From the NCBI GenBank assembly GCA_973895155.1, contig OZ316898.1, forward strand, positions 9,287,079 through 9,351,078: 64,000 nucleotides of DNA, given 5' to 3'. Numbering within the stretch: position 1 is the stretch's first letter; every line of letters begins with the position of its first letter. The notes under the pieces were generated by a model. The model was given only the letters and a program-made list of their open reading frames with translations. It searched no databases and had not been told where the DNA came from. The translations under genes and the position numbers were made by a program. Origin of the DNA: Marsupella aquatica. Its lineage: Eukaryota; Plantae; Marchantiophyta. This document shows positions 52,801 to 64,000 of the stretch, in pieces.

Positions 52801-53721
52801 AAAACATTGTTCTAGTTGTGTAGTGATCAAGAATTCTCCTGCATTTACCGAAGTGAGGGGTCACCATATAGTTTCCGGTTATTAGGTGTTTTCATAAAAA
52901 TTGAAGCAAAAGCGGACCCCGGGATTTTAGGGTAAGTACCCTGTAAGAAAATTCTTGAACGGTCCGCTGCTTTCATCAATCCATATCACCTAAAGCCGAA
53001 TTAATTTGATTTCCCATCTATGTGATTTTGGAGATCGAAGGATTTCTCCAGCAAGAAGTTGTTGTGTAGGTCGCGAAAGGCAGAAGGTCACTGGACCGCA
53101 GGCGGAATATCTACAGTAGCATTGCTGAAATCATTTGCCTTAGCAGCAAATTTCCCTTAGGCTATCGCTTTGTCTAGCCAGGGTGTTTGGTTCCTTCATA
53201 TCTTGCAGTACTGTTGCCTGGAAATATCACCCCTTGAAACTCACAAGTTAATTCTTGTGCAGGAAGTCCGAATGGTCCGGGGTGGGTTGGTGAGGTCTTC
53301 AATGCTGCTGGTGATGTCCGTCATTGCTGTTCTAGCAGCCTTTGCTGCGGCCGGGTGGGCATGTTTGCCACCTATAAAGAAATATTCAGGGATGATGTTC
53401 TGGACCACTTTAAGTGGATTGTGGGTATGCTTCAGCATGCTTTGTATCTTCTGGGTTCGGATGGGATCCATGCTTGTGACACGGTCAGGTCATCACCAAG
53501 TCAAGTGGCTGCGTTTCAACGAGGCGGATGTCATGACTCTACCAGCAGGAAAGATTCTATGGAGGCTCTTTAAGCTTTTCAATTTCGTTCCAGAAAACTA
53601 CACTCGATTTCATAGCAATCGGGAAGAGGACCAGAAAACCTGCAAGAGAGTCATTTTCTTTTACCTTGTGAAAGTTTTCAGACTGGATCGGGAAGAATAT
53701 TGGAGGTATCATGTGAATTAA
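49873..53721 (+). CDS. Ankyrin-repeat transmembrane protein with PGG-type domain (ACD6/ITN1-like), about 1009 aa, 3 exons
   Basis: Exons 49873-51996, 52229-52675, 53263-53721 (GT-AG, phase 0). About 10 ANK motifs (TALHLAA, TALIIAA, TALHVAA, TPLHLAA, TPLHYA, TPLHLG, TALHYA, TLLHHAA, TALHFA, TALQIA), then ILVVAALIASVTFAGWLQPPLG and FWIFNTLSFYF plus further TM helices. Confidence 0.92.
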
Positions 53722-55447
53722 GTCCAGAGGCCATGCTTTCTCCAGTGGGTGTTACGCTAATCCTTCCCAGGTGCAGACGCGGTACGTGTTGGACCTGCCC
53801 TGAGTGCTCAATTCCTTGCAGATGCAAAGAACGACTGGTACTTGGAACCAAGTAGAACAATTTAGGGCAACGGAGTCGGGTAGTGGTATCATTGTCATAC
53901 GTAAGTTTGTACATATGAAAGGGGAGTGGAAGCAACGGATGTCTTACAAGTCAATTATGCTGAAGTGTGGACTGAGTTGTGTCCTCAGCAGATGAATTCT
54001 GTACCACACAGAATTGTGTAGTAGAACGTTACAATCAGGAAATACCTATAACCCAAAAGAGGAGGAAAGACAAGATTGCAGACCCTTGCCCTCGCCTATT
54101 ATTTAAATTGGGAATTTGTGCTCAATTTCGGGTCTTGATAGCAGACTGTGAACTCCAGCATGGAAAGTGGAGTTGCACGTCACCTTCAGCCTCAATGAGG
54201 CGAAATATGAACTTCTCACAGCTCACGTGAGTGGAACCAGAGAGCTCTGACTTTCAGCTTGATACAAGACTCTTGACGATGAAGGAAAGGCTTTCAAAGG
54301 CTTTCATGTGCACAAAGAGACGTGATCCTGCTAATATCATTCTTGACAGAAATGGTTGGTCTTCCAATTCCCGTAGGAGGACTTCTCTGCTTGTTTTACT
54401 TCTGGGAATGGTAGGAGCTGTTTCTCACTCATAATTAATTGGCCCTACATTTGGCATTTGTCAGGTTGGACATTGAATCCAGTCTTTGCATCTGTGGGTC
54501 TTCCCGCATGCAGAGAACGCCTGTTACTTTTCTTGAATTCCAGTTAAGCAACCATTGCGGAAGCTTCTAGTGTTTAATTGGATGCGTTCCTCCATGATTA
54601 ATTGTCAGATGCCACTGTGGGTGTCCAATAAATGAAGTAGGTACTTACACTCCAGGGTTGTGCCCATGGAAGTATAGTAAGAAATTCTACTGGAAGGCAG
54701 GAAGGCGTGTCTTGAGTTAGTGGGCCTCTAGTTGAGCTTGATATAAAAGTCATCTCTGAGAAACAGATAATCAACTTCAACTGTCTCAAGGACCTGGAAG
54801 CGACTTTGGGAGCAGGAGAACAGGGAAGCTGCTCCAGTCGTAGTTGAGGTCACAAGGCAGCAACATCAATTCACACTCATCCCGTTGTCCCTCAAAGATG
54901 ATCGAGGCCGATTTTGGAACACCAATTAAAATGGAGGTTCTCTTCCGAAACGTCCTTCAGGAGAAGCACAGGAACTGGACTGAGCATTTCCTTTCTTTCG
55001 TCCATGGAGCAGTTCTGTTTGTGACGTACACATTTTGAGCTTCCAAACGTTTCAACTCACGGACAGTATAAAACCAGGGAGTCCAGCAGCGAATTCATTA
55101 GTTAAAGGTAAACATCCCTCTCACACATGGAGGAAACTTGCCAAATAAATGTCTCATTAGTGCGTGTCAAAGTTCTCCCGCAAGATTCTGCTTAAGGCTA
55201 TGGATGATTGGATGTAAAATGCTTATGGGGTATGTGTTTTGGTCTCCCATAGTGATTTTGTCTTTGTCCGTGAAAGCAGTTTAGGTGCTGATTTGTAACT
55301 CAGTTACAGGCCTGCCTTGACACATCCTATTGCCCTTATAATATGATCAAGCAATAGTTGCATTTAAGGCTGGCTTGCTTTACAAGAATTGTGGGCACTT
55401 GTGACTTTGGAGCCAACTGGAGGGTCGGGCAACTGGAGGGTCAGGTC

Positions 55448-55844
55448 CAGCATTTTTTACAGTGGCAAAAACAATTGCTACATTTCCCCTCTCTAAAAAG
55501 TACTTGTCACTTTTAGCAATATTTGCTTACCTTTTTGTACTCCATTAGCCAATTTCACACCTGGCCGCATACCCCATCACCCAGAATCTATTTGTTATCC
55601 TTAAATCTAGGGGAATCTCACTTTTAGCAAAGATTTGCTTGCATTTTTGTACTCTATTAGCTAGTTTGCCACCTGGCCGCAGACCCCATTCATCTAGAAT
55701 TTAACTGTAATCCTTAAATCTAGGTGATCTGATGGTCAGAAAGTAATATAGGAAAATTTGATCAGAGGTATTCATAGCATCTTCTCCTTCACAATGTGAC
55801 ATTAGGCACACAGGCAAAACAGAAAACCTTTAAAAATTAAGCTG
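55448..55844. mobile_element. hAT-type MITE of the 8788 family with an internal ~120-bp duplication
   Basis: CAGCATTTTTTACAGTGGCAAAA ... AAAATTAAGCTG; internal segment duplicated; a further partial copy near 56760-56925. Confidence 0.65.
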
Positions 55845-56012
55845 ATCATTGCTTGTTTTAAAGATAGACCCCACACCATAAATCTTTTGAAAATAAGTGC
55901 CATAAATGCAAATCCCCTCAATAAAGCAGCCAAAGTTTGGAAGGCCTTTTGAGGTGGTCTAACATTCTAGAAAAATTGAACACTTGACGTTGGCATTTTT
56001 TTTGGGTGCGCT

Positions 56013-56406
56013 ACTTGCCATGTAGGATCTGCAGACACCATACATGAATGGGCCCAAGTTCTTTTAAAGTCAACTGCAACCCTTTTTTATCATCATACGG
56101 TCTAGATTTAATCTTAGAGGAATGGTCCACTCCTTGCCATGTAGGATCTGTAGAACATACATGAATTGGCCCAAGTTCTTGTAAAGTCAGCTTGCCATGT
56201 AAGATCCGCAGACACCATACATGAATGGGCCCACTTTCTTGTAAAGTAAACTGCTACCCTTTCTTATCATATATGGTCCAGATTTAATCTTAGAGGAATG
56301 GTCCACTCCTTGCCATGTAGGATCTGTGGAACACACCTGAGTTGGCCCAAGTTCGTGTAAAGTCAACTGCAGCCTAATCATTATACAGTCCAGATTTATC
56401 TTAGAA
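56013..56406. repeat. Composite tandem repeat, about 177-bp higher-order unit x2
   Basis: CTTGCCATGTA(G/A)GATC...ATGAAT(G/T)GGCCCA x4 and AGATTTA(A)TCTTAGA x3. Confidence 0.85.
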
Positions 56407-59400
56407 GGGAAAAAGAAACAATGGGCCCTAGGTCTTGAAAAGTCACCCTTAGTAACCTCCTTTAGGCTTATGTCTATCTCTTTTGTCTAAGCTTATCTCT
56501 CACTCAAGCTTAGGCTGCTACTTTGGTTAGGGACACCCTTTTCATCTCTTTGCTTCTGCCTGCCCATTGTCTTTTGGCTCCCACCTGTACTTTGCCCTTC
56601 AGCCCTGCCTTTGGCTCTTGGAGTAAAGTTTCAGGCGTCAACTATGATTGGAGCCACATGATAAACCAAGTTAATGCCCTCCATCTTAACTGGTGCTCCA
56701 TAATGAGCCTCCCTGAAACTCTTTTATCTCTTTTGGCAAAACCTAGGTAGGATGTTTGTCTTCCATTAGCGAATTTCACACCTGGCCACAGACCTAACTA
56801 TTGTTTATTCTTATATCTGGGAAATCTGACTGTAAGAAATTAATCTAGTAAAATTAGATAAGTAATATTCCAAGCATCTGTGCCTTCACACAAGATCTGT
56901 GCCCACCCTGCCGAAAAAGAAAACCTTTGATAATTACAGTGCCTTTCTTGGAACCAAAGGTGGAGGGTCCTACTTAAAAGAACATTTGTAATAATTGGCT
57001 TTAGTTTGAAAGCCAGGAAAAGCCCCACATGAGAAACCAAGCTGTGCTAGCCAAGACCAGGGCAGTGCCACGTGTTACTTTCCTGCAGGTACAGATGACC
57101 CTATCATGATGGGTCACTTGCTACTCAGTATGATGGATGACTTGTTCTTGTTGAAGGTTTATGCACTCCAGAAAAGAATTTGAATGTGTAGGGAATCATT
57201 GTGAAAACTTCCCTCATCTGGAAATTTAACTTGTTACGCATGGAATCAAACTGGAGACACTTGCGAAGCAAAAGTAGGAGGGTGAACTACAAATATCTAG
57301 TGCATACAGTCGTGTTGGATCTTCCATGCATTCTGCTTTCCAAGTCATGAAAGCTCAGGGCTTAACTTTGTGTATTTTTTCAAATATCACGTGCAATCTC
57401 ATTCTAGCTAAAACACCCTTATTTTAAAAAAGAATATTCTCCAGATTTTCCTACTTGAATAGTAAATGGCCTATTTTACTCTACAGATGATATCAAATCA
57501 GGTATATTCTCTATTTTTGCATTATAAACAGCTCATTTTACTTTTTAAGCTTTATAAAAAAATTGTCAAAAATAGTTTGGATTACACATGGTTCCAAGGA
57601 TTCCAACGACTTGTTGTAGTTGCCCCACAACATGAAAATGGAGAACATGTTGCAATCATTATGCAATCTAGGTGTCAAAGGGTCATGTATGAAGGATTAT
57701 ATGTGAAATGTGAGGCTCATTATATTCACAATTTGTAAACTCAAGTATATTCACAAGTTTCTTTTATTGCAATTTACTTGTGAATATACTGAGCATTCAA
57801 AACAGAACAGAAAACAATGTGAGTAACCAATATACAGGGAAGCACTTGACTAGTGATGGTAATACTTTTAAACTACGATATGTTAAGAAATTGTGTGGTT
57901 TTAGTTATTTCAAAAAGCTTGTGTTATGCAATTAGTGTGCTGGAAACTACCCTAGGTGCTCGAGGCAGTGTACAAGTAATATGTAGTACTAAGTCTCTTC
58001 TTTTGAAATGGATGCCCCAATAGGTGATAACTTTTGATCTCAGATTCCGATAGACCAAGCACTACTTTAACAAGCAACAAGATGTGTTTTTCTGTGAAGC
58101 AAAGGTGCTGTGTGTTGGGTGAAAAGAAGTCTGCAATTAATGTGTTGTGAGATTAGATGACCTAGACACTGTACTTGAAATATGTAGCATGAACTGTCTT
58201 CCTTTGAAATTTATGCTTAGATGAACTACAAGAATTGATCTCCCACGACCCTGACAAACCGATCACTTTGTAAGACCCAAAAGTGTTCATTTATACAAAG
58301 GGCAGTGCTATCTGAGAAAGAAATAATGAATCAGAATGATCCATCTGAGTTCAGCAGTACAATAGAGCATCTTTTCAAATATTTCACTCTGTAGAAACTT
58401 CAGTTTGCTTTCTTTCCAACCTGAAAAATGAACAGGTGACAGCATGTGGTTTAGCACAATAATAAGTGACGGGCTATTTGAGTATTCTGTTTGATACAGC
58501 TTAAAATAAGTGAGCCCAACTACCCAGCCTGTGGACGTAAATAGAGGTTATGTGTTAGCTCCCTTGAAATGGTTATTCACCTGGGCATTCACCGGAATGC
58601 AGGTGTCCACTACCATCTATGAGCACAAATTCTTGCATTTTGGTCCCCCCTCATATCCCTCCCTGGGAAGGGGCTTAGCTTGGACAAATTATGAGCCTCC
58701 ATGTGTCCCCCCAGACCAATCAGGTGCTGTCTCGGGTTAGTGTAGTCTAGTTAAGCCAATTACCTGCATACAAAATTGGGGACAAATTCATATGTAAGTT
58801 AGATTTGAGAGTAGGCTAGCAATTTTGACTAGCTTGGGGGACAGGGAAATAAAAAAAACTGTTAAGTAATAAGAGAATGAACTCCAATCTATGGCAACTG
58901 TCAAGTTGTTGGTGTGTGAAGGGCTTTGGTGAACTCCACTTTGGGATGGACGCTTATACCAAAGCTGGTTGATATATGAAGCTTTGAACTCAGAATTTCA
59001 CTTGCCATAATAAAGACTGCCACCACTAGGTTACACTTATTGGCCACAAACTTCATGTCTTTACCTTCTATACCTATGAGCAACAAGCAACAGTCATATT
59101 AATGGCAAGACCCAATAGCCCATCCAATAGGCAGCGACAGATGACTTACAGAAACTCAGGGGCCTCACTCCAAGACAGGTCTCATATCATGCACGAAGTT
59201 TCAAGTAATTAACACCCTAAAACATAAGAAAATAAAGTAAATTGTTACTTTAATTTTTAAACCTTAATGTTATGGAATATTTAAGTTTATTACGTCTAGA
59301 AATATTCTCAAGTTTGGTATTAATAACTCCTATAGTTCTTATAATTTTGAAAATTGGATTAAGACACCATAGTTTTTTTCAACAAACATTTTAAAGTCTT

Positions 59401-60639
59401 CTGCCCAATTGAATAAAAAAACCCTAACTTCTTTTTGCATGATGGGTCAGAAGAAAAGAAATGAGGACCCTGAGTACACAAACACTCATCCAAAATTGCT
59501 TCTCCCTTTAGTGTTTCTCTTATGGATCTCTTTTGACTCTTAGGCCAGCATAATCCAATGGGCAGCAATAAAGAGTTATGTTTCACCGTCTGTATGTGCC
59601 CAATGGACACCATTAAATAGCTAGACCCACTCTCAAGGGCCTCACTCTAAAGGGGATCTCATAGCATGCTTGACGTTATTAAACACCCAGAAAAATGATT
59701 TTTTGAATTATTTATACCCCTATGTTTTGGAATATTTTAAAAATATTCCCAAAATTCAATTCTAAAACACTATATTTTCTTATAATTCTCAGATTGGATT
59801 AAGAACATTAGGGTTTCCTAATGTTCTTAAACAGAAATTTAAAAGTAATTTTCTCAACCCAATAAACAAACCTTATAATTACTTTTGTGTGATGGGTAGA
59901 AATAAGTGAGAACCCGGCCCCCTAGGTTCCAACCCGGTTTCCAAAGACACTTGTCCATAATTGGTCTCTCCCCTTTCATCTTTGTCGTATGGACTCTTTT
60001 AATTTCACTCCGTTGTGCTTTGTTTGGCCTCTATAGTAAAATGGTCCTTTTCTCTTTCTATGCGCAAAAGATGAAATAAACTCAGCAATGAAGGCTAAAA
60101 AGCACTGTCTATAAAAGCGTGAGTTGGACACAAAGTGCCTAAAAGGCTACTCCAGTGGGACCAACAATGTCATGTCTTCACCTTCTGTACCCTATGAGCA
60201 ACAAGAGACATTGAATGGCGAGACCCAACAATTGATGAGTTTGTAGAAACACTCATCCAAAATTGGTTTCTTCCTTTAGTGTTTCTCCTATGGACCTCTA
60301 ACTTTTGACTTTTATGCCATTGTCATCCAATAGGTAACAAAATGAATTATATTTGGCCTTGTACCAGTAACCCCACCACTAGTCATGACAAAACCTGGGT
60401 CCACCAGGTTTCACAATAAATAGTACTCTATTCCTCAAATTGTGAAACAAAATGACAATGGATAGGAGAAGAATGAGTGGAATGTGGAAAGAGAGAAGTC
60501 TTGGACTCTTCCCCTTTTTATATGGCCGGTGGGGCAGTGGGAATTTAAATAGCTTAGCTCAATAGGCTGCAAAATACACTCAGTCATCCATTATTGGTTT
60601 CTCCCCTTTTGTGTTTGTCCTATAGATATCTTTTGGTTT

Positions 60640-61325
60640 TACTCCATTGTACTTTGTTAGGCCCTCTCTAGTAAATTGGTCCCTTTCCTCTTCCTACGCT
60701 CAAAAGACGCACTAAAGGCTTAATTAACTCTTCCGTTTTACTCCATTATATACTTTGTTCGGCCCTCTTGAGTAAAATGGTCCCTTTTTCGTGTCCTATG
60801 AGCAAAACATGCACTAAAGGCTGAACTCTTTCGTTTTACTCCATTGTATACTTGGTTCAGCCTTCTGTAGTAAAATGGTCACTTTTTCTCGTCCTATGCG
60901 CAAAACATGCACTAAAGGCTGAACTCTTTCGTTTTACTCCATTGTATACTTGGTTGGGCCCGCTTTAGTAAAATGGTCCCTTTTTCTCTTCCTATGCGCA
61001 AAACATGCAATAAAGGCTTAGCTCTTTCGTTTTACTCTATTGTATACTTTGTTCGGCCCTCTTGAGTAAAATGGTCCTTTTTTCTCTTCCTATGCGCAAA
61101 ACATGCATTAAAGGCTTAGCTCTTTCGTTTTACTCCATTGTAACCTTGGTTGGGCCCGCTTTAGTAAAATGGTCCCTTTTTCTCTTCCTATGCGCAAAAC
61201 ATGCAATAAAGGCTTAGCTCTTTCGTTTTACTCTATTGTATACTTGGTTCGGCCCTCTTTAGTAAAATGGTCCTTTTTTCTCGTCCTAGTTCCTATGCGC
61301 AAAAAATGCAATAAAGGCTAAAAAG
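60640..61325. repeat. About 98-bp tandem satellite x7, with degenerate relatives at 59480-60640
   Basis: Unit starts near 60641, 60740, 60838, 60936, 61034, 61132, 61230 (ACTCCATTGTATACTT...AGTAAAATGGTCC...CCTATGCGCAAAACATGCA...AAAGGCT). Confidence 0.92.
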
Positions 61326-63727
61326 CGCGCAGTCTAAAAAAACGTGAGTTGAATGCAAAGTGGACGAAGCCGTCTTCAGCAAGCACGCGAGCAAGGAGTC
61401 GGGACTCGTGGACTCATGGAGGCGTCGGAAGCATTCATCAACTGCTGCTGTTCCTGTTGAAATGATGATGAGTGCAGCTTCTGCTGCTGTTCCTGCGGAG
61501 ATGATAATGAGTGCAACTGCTGCTGCTAGGATGATGATGAGCAGCTCGGTTTAGCTCACCCAAGAGGGCTCCACAAAGCTATGGAGCAAGGAGGGGTTCG
61601 GAGGATTGGGTTGTGTGAGAGTGAGAGTTGAGGGGACCGACCACAGAAGACGTCGTCTGGCTTGAGCCGGCATGATTGACTGAGCAATTAATCGATCCAG
61701 GCCTTTGCTGCTGAGAATGAGTGGGAACTGGGAAGGGACGCATGGAATCTTGTCGGTGCCTGGCTGACGTGCTGACTGCTGACCTTCGGAGCTGCAAACG
61801 ACGTGGAAAGAGAAAAAGCATACATACATTCGATGATTCGATGAGTATGGGTACATCTCATCAGTTTTCGGAATTTCGGGCAGGCTTCATCTCCACGCAG
61901 TCCAGAGAGAGAGGGGAACTTGTGAACCTTTCGAGATTAAAAAAGCGAGCGAGAGATACCTTCTCATCAGAGTATCATCAATTCAAAGAGACCAGGTCAG
62001 TAAAAATTAGAGATACCATCATCAATATCATCGACCAGCGACCAGCGACCAGCAGTAAGTTGTTGCCTGTACAGTCAGATTATTACTTATTGCGAGTACT
62101 ACAGTGTGAAGATCAGTTCGATGCTACCTGCTCTTTGACTAGAAGACTACAGTCCGAGAGCCCCACTTAACCCATTCCGCCATTCGCCTTTCAAACCGTT
62201 GTTTAGTGGCTCAGTGGCTGTTTACTTGGGACTCCTTTTGGGCAGGAGTGATCTCTCCAAGGAAGGTTCGTGTGTGCTTGTTTGCTGGACGGTCGTCCGG
62301 CTTTTTGGGTAGAGGGAGTGTAACGTCTGCCTGAATGATTGCATTTTCTATTGGCCTCAATGTACGTTGATGCTAAAGTTGGCGAGCTGTGAATTGATTG
62401 AGACAATTCAAGAGAGAGAGTGAATAATAAGATCACTTCCTTTTCCTCTGTACTTCGCTGATTCCCTGATGCTTTGCTCCAGAGTGCAGACAGCACCTTC
62501 TCCTTGCCCAAATCTCCTTTCTGTACTCCATTATCGTCGAAGTGATAGTTTCACGAACCGTACTGATGAGCACTCTTGTGTTGTGATTCAAACATACGTT
62601 ACCCACAAGAGGTTGTAGGAACTTTCCCGCGTCCTATTTGTACTATTTTCGGTGTCGTCAGCTCCATATATCCAGTGAGTTCCGACGGACGACGTTGAGT
62701 GGTGGAAGATTAGTACTTCATCGAATTTCTCTATCGCGGAATTTTCTCTGCCATCGTTTCGTCGCGTCACATACAGTAACGTACATTATGAGCTTGAGTC
62801 ACGTCTCTTTGCCTCTTCACATTTGTATGTTCGAGCCTGAAATAATTCTTCGTCTCTGCAGCTTCCAGCAGCTCCTGCCTCCCATTCGTACTTTCCCTGT
62901 GCCTCCTTCGTTGTTGGGAAGTACAGGAGTAGATGGTGCATACTCTGCAGCGTTGCTGCCGAGTCGTTGTCGGTGGATCTGGAAATCAGCTCCTGTCACT
63001 TCTAGAGGAGCGAAGTAGTTACTAGACCTCCACCAGTGTGCCATTAGGAGTACCAGTCTAAGTACAGCAGTCAATACTCCATTCTCAGTAAATTTCAACC
63101 ATCCTCCCCGACCTTGAAGATCTTCAGCAGCTCCCTCGCAATACCCGACCAGGTCACTCCACAGTCCACATGCCAAGGTGCTCATGTGCGCTGGTTCTGC
63201 GAATAAACTAGTGCAGAGAGCAGTCCCCATAGATTGCAAGGCTCTTTAACTGGCACAGAGGATCAATATCTGCTCTCTCAAGATTTACGGATTCCTCCTA
63301 CTGTCGGGCAAATTTTGGGGGCAAAAGCTCTGGACGAGGCAAAGCAGGTAATAGTGTAGTCAGTCGTCAAAGCGGACTCTACATTTGGGGATTTGGAGCC
63401 GACTGTCTTCTGCTGTCAGCTTTCACAGTGGAGCGAGACGAAACTACTTCAAACTTGAAACCTGTCGTCTCGGGCTAGAAGCGGTAGGGAGAGACCGAGG
63501 GGTCGCACATGACGAGAAGGGTTTGGGGTAGCTCGTGATGCAGCAGCCGTCTCGTGCTTGTGACTCTCGAATTTGTGAAGATTTATGTCGGTTGTAATTG
63601 TGGTAGAAGTACAGTGAGGAAACGAGCTGGGCCAGGGATGGTGAAGGTTAATGTGTCCGAAGATGTACATAATTTGACAACTCAGTAAACTGGGTTTAAC
63701 AAGGAGAAACAACTGTTGGAGAACAAA

Positions 63728-64000
63728 ATGGAGAACTACAAGAAAGAGGGGAGACTGTCTCGGAGATTTTCATCTCGCAAGCGTCTGGGTTCACTGAAAA
63801 CCAGGTTGAAGAGGTTCCTTTCTGATCGTTACGTCAAAGCTGGGGAAGGTGAGGATCATGACTTCCCCGCTACCGGTTCAGACTTGGACGTTGACGGCAG
63901 GAAAATCTCTTCTAATTCTCCTCTGGAGAGAAGCGGAGAGATTGAAAAATCTTCGGGCTCTGGTTTTTCCTCCGATAGTGACGAGGAGTCACCGTCTAAG
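63728..64000 (+). CDS. Probable 5' end of a gene of unknown function, truncated by the window edge
   Basis: ATG in a strong plant context (AAAAATGG); 91 open codons to the window end: MENYKKEGRLSRRFSSRKRLGSLKTRLKRFLSDRY...SSDSDEESPSK. Confidence 0.55.
   Translation, partial: MENYKKEGRLSRRFSSRKRLGSLKTRLKRFLSDRYVKAGEGEDHDFPATGSDLDVDGRKISSNSPLERSGEIEKSSGSGFSSDSDEESPSK

Noticed and set aside
20538-53721. TMEM120, GDSL lipase and ANK-TM genes as a functional lipid/membrane cluster
   Set aside because: They are 5-16 kb apart, separated by TEs, and no shared regulatory signal is visible; co-location alone is not evidence.
60640-61325. Regular arrays here and at 25540, 48320 and 12825 as CRISPR-like arrays
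   Set aside because: Whole units repeat with no unique spacers, there are no cas genes, and the context is eukaryotic.
62817-63239. 140-aa minus-strand ORF
   Set aside because: Non-ATG start, no recognisable motif, and antisense to the probable leader of the 63728 gene.

Overview
Eukaryotic land-plant genomic DNA with GT-AG introns and many transposon relics. Gene and repeat style suggests a non-seed plant such as a bryophyte, but that is an inference. Three complete multi-exon genes could be reconstructed by hand: a TMEM120/TMPIT-family membrane protein (minus, 10 exons, 20538-24997), a GDSL esterase/lipase (minus, 5 exons, 30506-33447) and an ankyrin-repeat plus PGG-type transmembrane protein (plus, 3 exons, 49873-53721). 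A fourth probable gene starts at 63728 and runs off the window. A full-length but inactivated Ty1/copia LTR retrotransposon lies at 37248-43960, with a deletion derivative at 7189-8260 and a decayed LTR near 17344-17585. Intergenic DNA carries hAT-, PIF/Harbinger- and Mutator-type MITEs, short Helitrons, tRNA-derived SINEs, probable non-LTR 3' ends and many tandem arrays. No CRISPR array, rRNA or intact tRNA gene was seen, and no clearly novel multi-gene system is evident. The best leads are polarised tandem arrays upstream of three genes, Helitrons ending in CTCR rather than CTRR, an in-frame stop exactly at the copia gag/pol junction, and an isolated perfect 37-bp inverted repeat.
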